In this document: piece by piece, positions 10,342-19,824 of the stretch
Layout: every line of letters starts with the position of its first letter
Position numbering within the stretch: the first letter of the stretch is position 1
Origin: Nitrospirota bacterium
GTDB lineage: Bacteria; Nitrospirota; UBA9217
Direction of reading: 5' to 3'
NCBI GenBank assembly: GCA_963796285.1
Contig: CAWCKW010000012.1
Span: forward strand, 1,568,001 to 1,632,000
DNA length: 64,000 bases
Program-made: the position numbers and the translations under genes
The notes under the pieces: model-generated
What the model was told of the DNA's origin: nothing
The model's input: only the letters and a program-made list of their open reading frames with translations
Database searches by the model: none

Positions 10342-10472
10342 GAAACATTCGTACTTTTGTCGAGATGTTTCACACGTCCACCATCTCCCACCGGTTTTTC
10401 TCGATGCTCACGGATCGGATCATGCATCGAAATCCATCAGCATACGATCCGGCGTCACCGCTGTCGCTCACC

Positions 10473-11030
10473 TTACAGAACAAAGGGAATGAACATCTTC
10501 GTTCGCTTCATATAGTCGGTGTAAGCGCCGCAGAAATACAGCAAGTTCTCTTTTTCTTCCATCCTGGCTGCCGTGATGATGTTCACCGTCACCACCATTG
10601 CCAGCAAACCGGCTTGCCACGAGGGAATGAATAAATAAGAACCCCAGGTCAGCAGAAGGAAAGCACAATACAGCGGGTGGCGAACATATTTATATGCCCC
10701 TGCCGTGACCAGAACGGTCGTTTTTTCGATATGGAGCAACGTCGGGTCGTCCCGACGGTCGTCGAGCTTGCCCTCCGTGCGCAGCAGCTGAAAGCCATGG
10801 ACCCCCATGAGCCCGGAAAGGAGCAGGCATACGACCGCAATGATGTGGTGCACACTGGACGGTTGATAGGCCCGGATGTTCAGGTTCAGCAACATGAGCA
10901 CTAAAAAAGTTTCCCATGCGAAAAATCGGTAAAAACCGTGGGAGTGATAATTGCGCAATGATGCGCTTGAAAAATGATAGATCGCAATCGATACAATGAT
11001 AAAAACAACAAGTCTGAACATCAACAACAT
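10473..11030 (-). CDS. Isoprenylcysteine carboxyl methyltransferase (ICMT/PEMT) family membrane protein
   Basis: LVTAGAYKYVRHPLY, EEKEN..Y.DYMKRTKMFIPF. Confidence 0.88.
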   Translation of the reverse strand: MLLMFRLVVFIIVSIAIYHFSSASLRNYHSHGFYRFFAWETFLVLMLLNLNIRAYQPSSVHHIIAVVCLLLSGLMGVHGFQLLRTEGKLDDRRDDPTLLHIEKTTVLVTAGAYKYVRHPLYCAFLLLTWGSYLFIPSWQAGLLAMVVTVNIITAARMEEKENLLYFCGAYTDYMKRTKMFIPFVL

Positions 11031-11320
11031 AGTATCATAACCCCCCTGTTAAGAATAAGCCTTAGTGGACCGCTGTTGCCTGACATGCCGGGAATAGTCG
11101 GTCCAACTAAGGAGACCGCGTCGGCGCTTGCTCCGGTTCCGGGAAACAGATGGGACAGAATGATTCCCCCTCGTCCAGGGGGCACACGTGACCTCATTCC
11201 GGACAGCAGATGCAGTCCGTGATCGGGAGCTTGCATGCAGAGCAACAGTTTTCAATCTTGTGTCCTGATATGTTATCAGCATCAAGCAACATAGGAAACA
11301 ACTGCCCCCGAGTGACTTTA

Positions 11321-12025
11321 TTAAAACGTACGGCCAAACTCCTCGAGCTCCTCGGGGCTGAGCTCTCCCGAGGCCTTGAGCTTCCTGTATGCTTCCGCGG
11401 GGTCCTTATGGACCGCGATAGAGATAATTTCGGCCGCACGGACGAAGCGCTCGATCCGTTCGTCCACTTTTTTGGGGAACAGATAATCCGCCAGTCGCGC
11501 GAACGCGCCTGCAAAGCCGCTCTTGATCTTGAAATAGGCGATCGCGGTTGCATCTACTGATACCGCGGCGTTCTCACTTTGTTCGGAATACATTGTCACC
11601 AGGACCACATCCCCGTTGAACCGCATGTTGAAAACGTCGTAATATCCGGAAATAAGGTAGACCCGCCTGCCCGGACGGATATCGATAAGTTCCGCGTCTC
11701 CCGCCAAGGTACCCGGTTCGTCAATATGGACCACATGATCGGATCGGATCTTTACACTATAGTTGTCCAGGAACGGGGCGTACAGGTGTGCAAGCGCCAG
11801 CATGACGTGGGGGTTGTCTATCAGATACTCGATCTGCTTAGGATTGATCGGCAGGTTCGGAAGCTTCGACTCGCGGACGATGGATGGTTCTGTAATTATT
11901 CCCTTTGCCGCAGGTCCCTTCGATTCGAGAAGGCCCGCGATGTCCTCTGCGCCGAATACGCCAATGGGTAGGGACACTATTGCAAGGCTCAGGAATATGA
12001 TGATGAAAAATCGATTGGTTTTCAT
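11321..12025 (-). CDS. Hypothetical exported protein
   Basis: Signal-peptide-like N-terminus; 234-aa ORF with protein-like composition. Confidence 0.7.
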   Translation of the reverse strand: MKTNRFFIIIFLSLAIVSLPIGVFGAEDIAGLLESKGPAAKGIITEPSIVRESKLPNLPINPKQIEYLIDNPHVMLALAHLYAPFLDNYSVKIRSDHVVHIDEPGTLAGDAELIDIRPGRRVYLISGYYDVFNMRFNGDVVLVTMYSEQSENAAVSVDATAIAYFKIKSGFAGAFARLADYLFPKKVDERIERFVRAAEIISIAVHKDPAEAYRKLKASGELSPEELEEFGRTF

Positions 12026-12325
12026 GGGTCGATCACGTGAAGAAAAAGCAGCATATCAATTTGACGCTCGTTATTATACAATAGAAGCATGTGGTGGAAA
12101 AGCGGAATCACGTATGAGGTAGAAGTAGCATATTTTTCTTATTATTCGATGTAGGAACTGACGCCGCGCAATGGATCGATGCTAACAGTAAAGACCAGAC
12201 ATCGAGATGCGTCTTGAGGCCCTGGTATGTAAAATAACATCATGCAATGAGAAAAACTCGACACTATAAACGCGCAATTAGCATTAGAATGACGCAGGTA
12301 ACAACGTCCCCATAGTTCCTATCGT

Positions 12326-12526
12326 TCACTTCCGGTCGATTTCGATATTTTCTTTGCTGCCGCTATGGGAGACTGCGATCATGATGCCGATGCCGATCGC
12401 GATCACGATTCCGATCAAGGTCCATGTCGTACCGATTCTCGCCAGAATTCCCAATTTCCAGAGCGCGGCGAGAATGCCGCCAATCAGGAGAACATAACCA
12501 AGAAGATAAATACCTGCCCATTTCAT
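12326..12526 (-). CDS. Small 2-TM membrane protein
   Basis: AGGAGGT RBS; two hydrophobic helices and a charged tail. Confidence 0.8.
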   Translation of the reverse strand: MKWAGIYLLGYVLLIGGILAALWKLGILARIGTTWTLIGIVIAIGIGIMIAVSHSGSKENIEIDRK

Positions 12527-12749
12527 GATAAACCTCCTGCTGATTGGAATTGCTTTATAACGGGGAAAGTATAAGCAGAACTGACGTGTGAGTCAAGGTA
12601 ATAAACAATTTTGGTTGCGTTGATACCGAAAATGTATATGATGTGCTCGTCTGCGCGCTATAGGCTAAATTCCTAAAACCACTCTTTTGGTATTTCGGCT
12701 CCCAGGTTATTGATCAATGGTGAAATGGGGAAAACGCGTTATTCATATT

Positions 12750-12965
12750 GAAAGGGTCAGTTAGAATCACTTCTCGTTCTTTGACTTTATTCTTCGTATG
12801 TACTCAGGCTGTCAAAAAAAGAGAAGTGACCCCTTTTGGCCAGATACAAAAGGAGGTATGCTCATTGGACGGAATGTTTTCGATTCGAGTGAGTTCAGAT
12901 GAAAATCGAACGTCAAACATTAAAGACCTGATCCCAAGATGTTACCAGCGATGTTCTGACCCCAA
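12750..12965. repeat. Degenerate REP-like remnants (GGGTCA..TGACCCC type)
   Basis: TCACTTCTC..TTTGAC / GTCAAA..GAGAAGTGACCCC inverted repeat; further AAAGACCTGATCCC and CTGACCCC copies. Confidence 0.5.
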
Positions 12966-13042
12966 GATTTTCCTGAATCCATATACTCTGCATTTATGCA
13001 ACGTAGGAACCAGCGATCCCAAGGATCCCTTAAGCGGACGCA

Positions 13043-13555
13043 TCATCCTGCGATCTCTTCTTCCATGGAATAATAGAATGCGAACAGCACCGAAGCCAGC
13101 ATGCTCACCAGGCCAAGACTGAGAGCGATATTCCCGATAAACTGGTCGTGCCTCAAAACGTTGAACCGAAGCAATAGGTAGTTCCAGTCATGGATCGAAT
13201 CCCCGCCTCCCAGAGAAACAAGTGGCATTGCCATCGCCTGCGCATCCTTTACGTAACGCGATATGTTCACGAAATTCTGGCCGAGCCAGAAAAGCACGAC
13301 TGACGTTGAATAATTCTCTCTGCGCAGGTAAAAGTACACCCCAAAGGCAACAGGCACGAACAACTGCCCCAGGGTGCCTCCCATGACCATAATGAATTGG
13401 CCGAACCAACTGAAGAGCAAATGCCCCGCCTCATGAGGAATAAGATCAACATTGTCGAGAAATCGAAACTCGTCGATATCTCGCGCGATGACGATCCCGT
13501 ATACGGTGAGCAGCGCGGCAAAACCGGCCTTCAGGTAATTGATCTTCCCTGCCAT
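13043..13555 (-). CDS. Membrane protein with HExxH motif (M50-like metallopeptidase)
   Basis: PHEAGH, GGTLGQL and HDWNYLL motifs within TM segments. Confidence 0.8.
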   Translation of the reverse strand: MAGKINYLKAGFAALLTVYGIVIARDIDEFRFLDNVDLIPHEAGHLLFSWFGQFIMVMGGTLGQLFVPVAFGVYFYLRRENYSTSVVLFWLGQNFVNISRYVKDAQAMAMPLVSLGGGDSIHDWNYLLLRFNVLRHDQFIGNIALSLGLVSMLASVLFAFYYSMEEEIAG

Positions 13556-13815
13556 TATTTTTCGCCCCTGCGAGCTCTTTGTTAAGGTCCGCCAGTCGTT
13601 TCTTGTTTTTCCGCCCGAATTCGTCCTGACAATATTTCGGCGGGCGGAAGTCTAGGGTCCAAATTTCATTTGTTGACTTTGTTGATGATGTGTATGTTTT
13701 GACCCCATCATCGTCTTTTAATTATTGTTTTATCATTGCAGGATTTACGAGCGCGTCGCAAACTTTTGCGAGGGCAGCGTTGATATCGATGTACTGTCTT
13801 GCTATAAGCGTTTGT

Positions 13816-14220
13816 TCACGATTTCCTTACGATCAATCCCGTTATCCAGCCGGCAACGACGGCCTCCACCACGCTTCCGACGAACCAGCCAAAGGCAATG
13901 GTATACGGCAGCGGCATCACGGCGTAGGACCCGTAGCCCATCGAAATCCCCGTGCCCACGCCGAACAGCAGGCCGTACTGCACGCCTCTATTCACGCTCT
14001 TGTCCGAGATCAGCCACGCATAGATGCTCACAAATGCGGCCGCCGCTATCAGGACGACTCCGTGCATGAGTCCTGTTTTCATTTCTACCATGGGCCTCCA
14101 CAGTTGAGGCGTTGCAGCGTAGGCGGACGCCAGGATCATTCCATGGAGCACAAAGTCCAACGCTGACCAGGCCGCAAACACCGCAAGCACTGCAATCACC
14201 GCAAGTAGTGTCCTCTTCAT
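13816..14220 (-). CDS. Hypothetical 4-TM membrane protein
   Basis: AGGAGG RBS; DFVLHG..L..Y...LWRP; four TM helices. Confidence 0.8.
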   Translation of the reverse strand: MKRTLLAVIAVLAVFAAWSALDFVLHGMILASAYAATPQLWRPMVEMKTGLMHGVVLIAAAAFVSIYAWLISDKSVNRGVQYGLLFGVGTGISMGYGSYAVMPLPYTIAFGWFVGSVVEAVVAGWITGLIVRKS

Positions 14221-14440
14221 GATTAATCTGTCCTCCTATAAAGAATAATTTTCATCCCGGATCAAGAACGTCGTTTCCCGGATTGTATTTTCTTCCTTAG
14301 TCCCTTCTTCCCCGCATCCTGCTTCGCTCCACCACGACCTCACCCTCTTCATTTTCGCGGGCTTTACCGCAGTCTCCGCCCGATAAGGTTTCCGAACCTG
14401 TTGCAAGCAGGCGCGATACGATCACCTGGCCGGTCACTTA

Positions 14441-15247
14441 TTAATTTTTACTTTTTGTCAGATCAATAAACGGTACCGCGGAACCGGGGATCATCTGCGT
14501 AGGAAGATGCCCATCCCATTTCTCAATTGCTTTGAGCTGTACGTAATCCTTCCCCCCTTGCGAAGTAACGGCCTTTGCCTGTATGGCGATAGCCGTGGCA
14601 TCAGCTGTGGCTGTGGCGACCTTTTGTTCCGCTAAAAACTTTATTTTGGCCAGATTGTTCTTTTCCATAAGGGCTTCCTGCTCTGCCGTTACTTTTTGTT
14701 CGATCGCGTGGTTGAATTCCTTGGAAAATTCAAAGTTGGTTATGAAAACATTATCGACGATCACATTGTTCACGGACAGAGCGATGGTCAGCGACTTCTT
14801 GAACTCCTCCTTGACTATTTCCCGCTTGGAAATAAGCTCCTCTGCCGTAAACATCGCCGTCGATTTTTTCAGATATTCCTGTATGGCTGGGGCAATGATA
14901 CGTCCGCCTACATCGTCGCCGAGCGTTTGGTATATTTTATTCACTTTCATGGCGTCAAGATGGTAGTTCAAGGCAACTCTTGCAGCGACCATTTGCAGAT
15001 CTTTTGACGACGCCTCCGACGATACTTCGACCTTCTGTATTTGAACATCCATTTTCTTGACTGACTGCGTAATGGGCATCACAAAGTGAATGCCCTCACC
15101 GAGGATCGTGTCTTGCACAGCGCCGAGTTGAATAACAACGCCGCGCTGTCCAGGGTGTACGATCACGAGCGGGTTAATGGACATAAACAATATAAGCGCC
15201 AAGACCGCAAGTGCCACCATCACAATTTTCTTGACATTACTCTCCAT
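14441..15247 (-). CDS. SPFH/prohibitin (band 7) family protein
   Basis: PGQRGVV..LG, EGIHF, ASSKDLQ, FSKEFNHAIEQKV, IEKWDG. Confidence 0.93.
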   Translation of the reverse strand: MESNVKKIVMVALAVLALILFMSINPLVIVHPGQRGVVIQLGAVQDTILGEGIHFVMPITQSVKKMDVQIQKVEVSSEASSKDLQMVAARVALNYHLDAMKVNKIYQTLGDDVGGRIIAPAIQEYLKKSTAMFTAEELISKREIVKEEFKKSLTIALSVNNVIVDNVFITNFEFSKEFNHAIEQKVTAEQEALMEKNNLAKIKFLAEQKVATATADATAIAIQAKAVTSQGGKDYVQLKAIEKWDGHLPTQMIPGSAVPFIDLTKSKN

Positions 15248-15356
15248 CGCTCTTCTCCTTCTTTTTTGGGAATAGATAGTTTATGACAATTTTATAAAAC
15301 ACCACCACGGCCCCGATCACAATTGATAAGAGTAACACTTCAAAGAGAATTCTCAT
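15237..15356 (-). CDS. Small single-TM protein, 39 aa, overlapping the SPFH start (not in ORF track)
   Basis: AAGGGGG RBS; MRILFEVLLLSIVIGAVVVFYKIVINYLFPKKKEKSDGE*. Confidence 0.65.
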   Translation of the reverse strand: MRILFEVLLLSIVIGAVVVFYKIVINYLFPKKKEKSDGE

Positions 15357-15614
15357 TGTTTTACGACCCCCTTGGCAATAGTCGATGTTGTGTTCTTACT
15401 GTCGTAGAGTTTTGACCGCCATACGAATCTTGATGCTAGGCAACTGTGATGTGCCTTTGCAGCCTTTGCATAGCGTTATTATTTCACGAAATGTCTTTTT
15501 CTACAGGTTCAACGTTGAGGTAACCGGCGCCCGCGCAAGGCGGCTTTTTCACCGAGAAACAGAGGATGGATGTGTTGATTATACGGAAGTGCGACTTTTT
15601 GTCAAGGATTCCGA

Positions 15615-15668
15615 AGGGCAGGGTTCGGGGGTTCTGGGTACAGGGGTCAGGGAACGGGGTTCAGGGTA
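15615..15668. repeat. Degenerate heptamer-like tandem repeat (GGGTTCA/GGGGTCA)
   Basis: gggttcgggggttctgggtacaggggtcagggaacggggttcagggt. Confidence 0.55.
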
Positions 15669-15685
15669 AAGAGCAGCACCAATAT

Positions 15686-16570
15686 TTATTTCAGATGCTT
15701 ATCAAAAAACTCCCCCACTCTCTTCTCATATTCGCTCCCCGCTGCGGCAAGCGTTCCGCCGTGGTCCGCGCCGGGAATTATCCAGAGCTCCTTCGGTTCA
15801 CCCGCAGCGGCATATAGTTTCCTTCCATTGTCCGCGGGAATCAGCTTGTCCCCTTCTCCCGCGATGATAAGGACCGGCGTCGGGGCTATGGCCGAGATCA
15901 CCTTGACGGGAGCAATGGCGTCGACGCGCGTCTGAAATGAGAGTTCATAACCAAGGACGGTGAGATGAAGAAACGGGAAGGCGGGCAGATGATAAAAACC
16001 AATGATCGCCTCACGCGCCTGATCGCGCAGGCTCGTGAAAGCGCTGTCAGCGACTACGGCGGAAAACGCGCCTGTTTTCGCGGCTGCGAGGATCGCCGTT
16101 GACCCGCCCATTGAAAAACCATAGATCCCGATGCGCTTTGGATCGATCGTATCGCGCCTCGTTTTTAAGAATGCGAGTGTGGCTTCAATATCCTTTTGCT
16201 CATGTAAACCCAGCGACGTTCTCCTTCCGCTGCTTTCCCCATGGGCCCGGAAATCGAACAGCAGAACAAAGTATCCCCGATGTGAAAGCGATGCCGCAAG
16301 CTCGGTGAAATCAGACTTATTTGCGCCAACGCCATGGCAGATCACTATTGCCGGTGATGTTTGGTCGTAACGCGCGGGTTTAACCAGCCAGCCCTTTAAA
16401 TCAATACCGTCCGCAGTGGTGAACGAGACCTCTTCGTAATCAGCTTTGTATGCGGACGGCGGTATATGGAGAGGATACTTCGGAGGATGGGTATTGGCGT
16501 ACACCAGGACGAACGAAAGAGCCGCAATAAGGAGGACAATGCCGATAAGAATGTTCATGGCAATTTTCAT
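15686..16570 (-). CDS. Alpha/beta hydrolase with N-terminal membrane anchor
   Basis: CHGVG, DFRAHGES, nucleophile elbow GFSMGG, catalytic D and H (GADHG). Confidence 0.92.
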   Translation of the reverse strand: MKIAMNILIGIVLLIAALSFVLVYANTHPPKYPLHIPPSAYKADYEEVSFTTADGIDLKGWLVKPARYDQTSPAIVICHGVGANKSDFTELAASLSHRGYFVLLFDFRAHGESSGRRTSLGLHEQKDIEATLAFLKTRRDTIDPKRIGIYGFSMGGSTAILAAAKTGAFSAVVADSAFTSLRDQAREAIIGFYHLPAFPFLHLTVLGYELSFQTRVDAIAPVKVISAIAPTPVLIIAGEGDKLIPADNGRKLYAAAGEPKELWIIPGADHGGTLAAAGSEYEKRVGEFFDKHLK

Positions 16571-16610
16571 GATCTCAGTTTATTGTTCTCTTGACCCTTG
16601 CGCCTATCAT

Positions 16611-17330
16611 TCAGTCCCAAACAAGGAAAAACCCGTTCATCTGGTTCATCCTTTCTACCACCTTTTCTACTGTCTGCTGATCGTGCTCCAGCACATCGGG
16701 TGCAAAATCGATTATCTTTTTCGCAAAAACAGCGCTGTTCTCCGGCGGTCTTATGAACTGCGTCTCGAGCCAATCCGGTCCCGCGCCGGTTACCACGAAG
16801 GAGGCGTCTTTCTGTCGCTCTTTCAACCAGCCAACGATGTCCTTGGTGTCAAGATGGTAGTTCGGCGCTTCGGTCCTTTGAAGCTTTAAAATGTCGTACG
16901 TCGCGTTTCCCTTGACGACCGTAACAATGTCGTTCAACTTGCCATAGCTCCTCTGGCTCCTGAAGAGCAGATACCCCTTTGCGCGCAACGAGGCACGGTA
17001 GGAGGAGATGATCTCATCGGGTTGTTTCGTATGCACGCTGAAGCCTGCCAGCCGCGCCCTCTCAAAGCCCTCTTCGCCTTTCATGTTCGCAGAGTGCACT
17101 ACCTCCGTGACAAAGAACGGCTCTGCTTCCGCTCCCGCGGCGAGCTCCACCTGGCTGATCACGTCCGCAGGAAAACCAAGTTCCTTTCTCTGCTCCCCGG
17201 TAAGCACCGCGCGCTTTGGCTTGATGATTACCATCGGCACTGGTTTTTTGGGCTTAACCGGCTTTTCAGCCTTGCACGCTAAAAGAATACTGACGAGAAG
17301 GAACACCAGAAGTGAATATCTACCTGCCAT
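16611..17330 (-). CDS. DUF4253-like lipoprotein
   Basis: LLAC lipobox; NYHLDT..I, FAPD and C-terminal xWD motif. Confidence 0.7.
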   Translation of the reverse strand: MAGRYSLLVFLLVSILLACKAEKPVKPKKPVPMVIIKPKRAVLTGEQRKELGFPADVISQVELAAGAEAEPFFVTEVVHSANMKGEEGFERARLAGFSVHTKQPDEIISSYRASLRAKGYLLFRSQRSYGKLNDIVTVVKGNATYDILKLQRTEAPNYHLDTKDIVGWLKERQKDASFVVTGAGPDWLETQFIRPPENSAVFAKKIIDFAPDVLEHDQQTVEKVVERMNQMNGFFLVWD

Positions 17331-17604
17331 AGCGGATGTCGAAATGCGTGTATTCACCTTTGTAGGGCTCCCAAAAGATGTCCACCTTGCTCACCTGCGC
17401 TCCGGACGGACCGCGGTGGCACCAGCCGACGATCTCCTCGACCTTCTTCTTCTCCCCTTCGAACAAGGCTTCCACCGAACCGTCAGGAAGGTTCATGACC
17501 CATCCCCCCACGCCGATGCGGGTCGCCTCATCCTTCGTGCTTCCACGAAACCAGACTCCCTGTACGAAACCGTGAACGATCACTCGTGCGCGAAGATGCT
17601 CCAT
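17320..17604 (-). CDS. acyP: Acylphosphatase
   Basis: VHGFVQGVWFR, GWVMNLPDGSVEA, WCHRGP. Confidence 0.95.
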   Translation of the reverse strand: MEHLRARVIVHGFVQGVWFRGSTKDEATRIGVGGWVMNLPDGSVEALFEGEKKKVEEIVGWCHRGPSGAQVSKVDIFWEPYKGEYTHFDIRYGR

Positions 17605-17621
17605 ACAGTCAAGCTCCAAGT

Positions 17622-17870
17622 GGGACCAAAAGGATGTCTCTCGCGGAGGCGCGGAGTTCGCAGAGGAAATCTTTCTCCTGGTTTAAACCTGATCTAAAGG
17701 CTTCTCTCGCAAAGACGCAAAGAACGCCAAGAAAATCTTTAAGCCTTGTTTTAAACCAAAATATTATTTAAGCTCTCTCTGCGAACTCCGCGCCTCTGTT
17801 TATGCCCGCGTTATCGCAAGAGCAGGGTGCGAGAAAAAATTTCTTTCCGTTTTTGAGGAGAACTTGATTC
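17622..17870. mobile_element. MITE/REP-like composite element B, with a single 31-nt insert at 17799-17829
   Basis: 27-nt inverted repeat TCTCGCGGAGGCGCGGAGTTCGCAGAG whose right arm is split by the 31-mer; ends shared with element A. Confidence 0.8.
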
Positions 17871-17892
17871 TATAGCAACGGACCGCTCCTGC

Positions 17893-19716
17893 CTAGCGTC
17901 TCGGCCCTCTGTTGCTCGCTCCCTGGCCCGGACCCCGGGATCCCATTGGCCTGTTCACGCGTCTTGGTCCCTTGCCCCCGGTATGTGTACTCTTGTTTGG
18001 CCGGGGACCGGAACTCGGCCATTTCCCCTCACTTCGCCCTTCATACCCTGAACCTTTCCCTCTCGAGTCACCGCCTTTGCTGCCGGGCCAGGATCGCGGG
18101 GCAGGTTTTCTTCTGGTTTCCGGCCTCCCCGATACTGCCCTTGGTGCAGGGCTGTCAAAGCTTGGCCTTGTCGTCGGGCGGCTCGTGCCAGATCTTGTTG
18201 CAGGGCGGGCACTGCTGTCTTTTCGCGGCCCGTAACCCGGGACTGCACCCGGCCCCTTGCTTCCTGGACCAGTTTTTCTCGTACTGGGCCACGGTCGCTG
18301 GTCCGGCTTTCTTCTGACTTCCGGCCTCCCCATGGCTGCCCCCGGTGCGGGCCTGCCGGCGCCTGTTGTTGATGCAGGGCGGCTCGAGACCGGACGTGAT
18401 GTCTGTCTGTACGTACTGTTGTCTCCTCGAGGTCCAAACCCTGCGGCGCCGCCGGGTCCTCTGCTTCCCGTAAAGACGCTCCTGTTCGGCCGCGACCCGG
18501 AAGCCGGTCTTCGTCCCTCTTCATGCGTCTCGTACCTTGAGCCCTTGCTTCTCGCTTCGCTGCTTTTGGTGCTGGCCCAGGAGCGCTGGGCCGGTACCCG
18601 TCTGGTCTCCCGGTTTCCCATAGCTGCTGGAGCTGTTTTGCGAACTGACGCTCCCGAAGCCGTGCCGCGCTCGCTGTCTTCGCGCGTACGAACAACAGCG
18701 GGCCGCATTGTTCGATCGCCGTCCCTTGCTGGTTCGTTAGCAGGGCGAGGTCTGATCATCTGGTTCTTCCTTCGCCCGTCGGTCGTATCCTGCATGACAA
18801 CGGCTCCCGCGGGCCGTGTTCGTGCTGCATACTTCTTCGGCTGTCTCTCGTCTCGGCCCCTGCTCGCTGTCCCCTGTCCCCGGTACTCAGGCCTTGGACT
18901 TCTCGAACCAATGCCCGGGACACCAACGGCCGGATATTCTTTTCTCAAGACAGAGGGCTTCCTCATGCTCGCGGGCTGCAACGGTTTGACCTCTGTTTTT
19001 TGCGACAGGTCCATCAGCCCCTTGACCTCGATCGGCGTCAAATAGCGGAATGTCCCCTCAGGGAGATCGCCCAGCACCAGATTGCCGGTTTTGGTCCTCT
19101 TCAGCTTGATCACCGACCGTCCGACCCGATCGAACATGCGGCGCACCTGGCGTTTCCTGCCTTCAGTGATGGTAAGCTCTACCCAGGAATTCGCTTCTTC
19201 CTTGCGGATCTTCCTGAGTTTCGCGGGCGCGGTCTTCCCGTCGTCGAGAAAGAGTCCCGTCTCGATCATTTCTATCTGCTTTTCGTCAAGCACGCCCTTG
19301 AGCTTCGCCAGATAGGTTTTGGGCAGTTCATGCTTGGGATGGGTGACCTGGAAGGCGAAATCTCCGTCATTCGTCAGGATCAACATGCCTTCGGTGTTGT
19401 AATCCAGCCTGCCCACGGGATAGACGCGGACCTTGACCCCTTTCAGCAAATCCTGCACCGTGGGCCGCCCTTCGGGGTCGGACATGGTCGTGACAAAGCC
19501 CACGGGTTTATTCAGCATGATATAGGTTTTCGGCTGATGCGGATTGATGAGTTTGCCGTCGACCTTGATGTGGTCCTTGGATGCGTCGGCCTTGGTACCG
19601 AGTTCGGTCACCACCTTGCCGTTCACTCGCACCCTGCCTTCGGCGATAAGCTCTTCTGCGGCGCGGCGCGACGTTACTCCCGCGGCGGATATGATTTTTT
19701 GTATACGTTCTTCCAT
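17893..19716 (-). CDS. rluB: 23S rRNA pseudouridine synthase (RluB/RsuA family) with a long disordered C-terminal tail
   Basis: S4 domain ERIQKII..SRRAAEELI; YPVGRLDYNTEG; ITEGRKRQVRRM. Confidence 0.9.
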   Translation of the reverse strand: MEERIQKIISAAGVTSRRAAEELIAEGRVRVNGKVVTELGTKADASKDHIKVDGKLINPHQPKTYIMLNKPVGFVTTMSDPEGRPTVQDLLKGVKVRVYPVGRLDYNTEGMLILTNDGDFAFQVTHPKHELPKTYLAKLKGVLDEKQIEMIETGLFLDDGKTAPAKLRKIRKEEANSWVELTITEGRKRQVRRMFDRVGRSVIKLKRTKTGNLVLGDLPEGTFRYLTPIEVKGLMDLSQKTEVKPLQPASMRKPSVLRKEYPAVGVPGIGSRSPRPEYRGQGTASRGRDERQPKKYAARTRPAGAVVMQDTTDGRRKNQMIRPRPANEPARDGDRTMRPAVVRTREDSERGTASGASVRKTAPAAMGNRETRRVPAQRSWASTKSSEARSKGSRYETHEEGRRPASGSRPNRSVFTGSRGPGGAAGFGPRGDNSTYRQTSRPVSSRPASTTGAGRPAPGAAMGRPEVRRKPDQRPWPSTRKTGPGSKGPGAVPGYGPRKDSSARPATRSGTSRPTTRPSFDSPAPRAVSGRPETRRKPAPRSWPGSKGGDSRGKGSGYEGRSEGKWPSSGPRPNKSTHTGGKGPRRVNRPMGSRGPGQGASNRGPRR

Positions 19717-19824
19717 GTGTTCCTTTCGTGGATCAGCGCCTATTTTAGGTATAGTAGTATACAGGCAAACCACGGGAAAAGCAATTAAGTGAGATAACTG
19801 AGGGAATTTCGCGAGATGATAGCC

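Noticed and set aside
15506-15545. attC-like left half (GTTCAAC..GTAACCGGCG), suggesting an integron array in 5-16 kb
   Set aside because: No matching right half, no repeated attC sites between the small genes and no integrase
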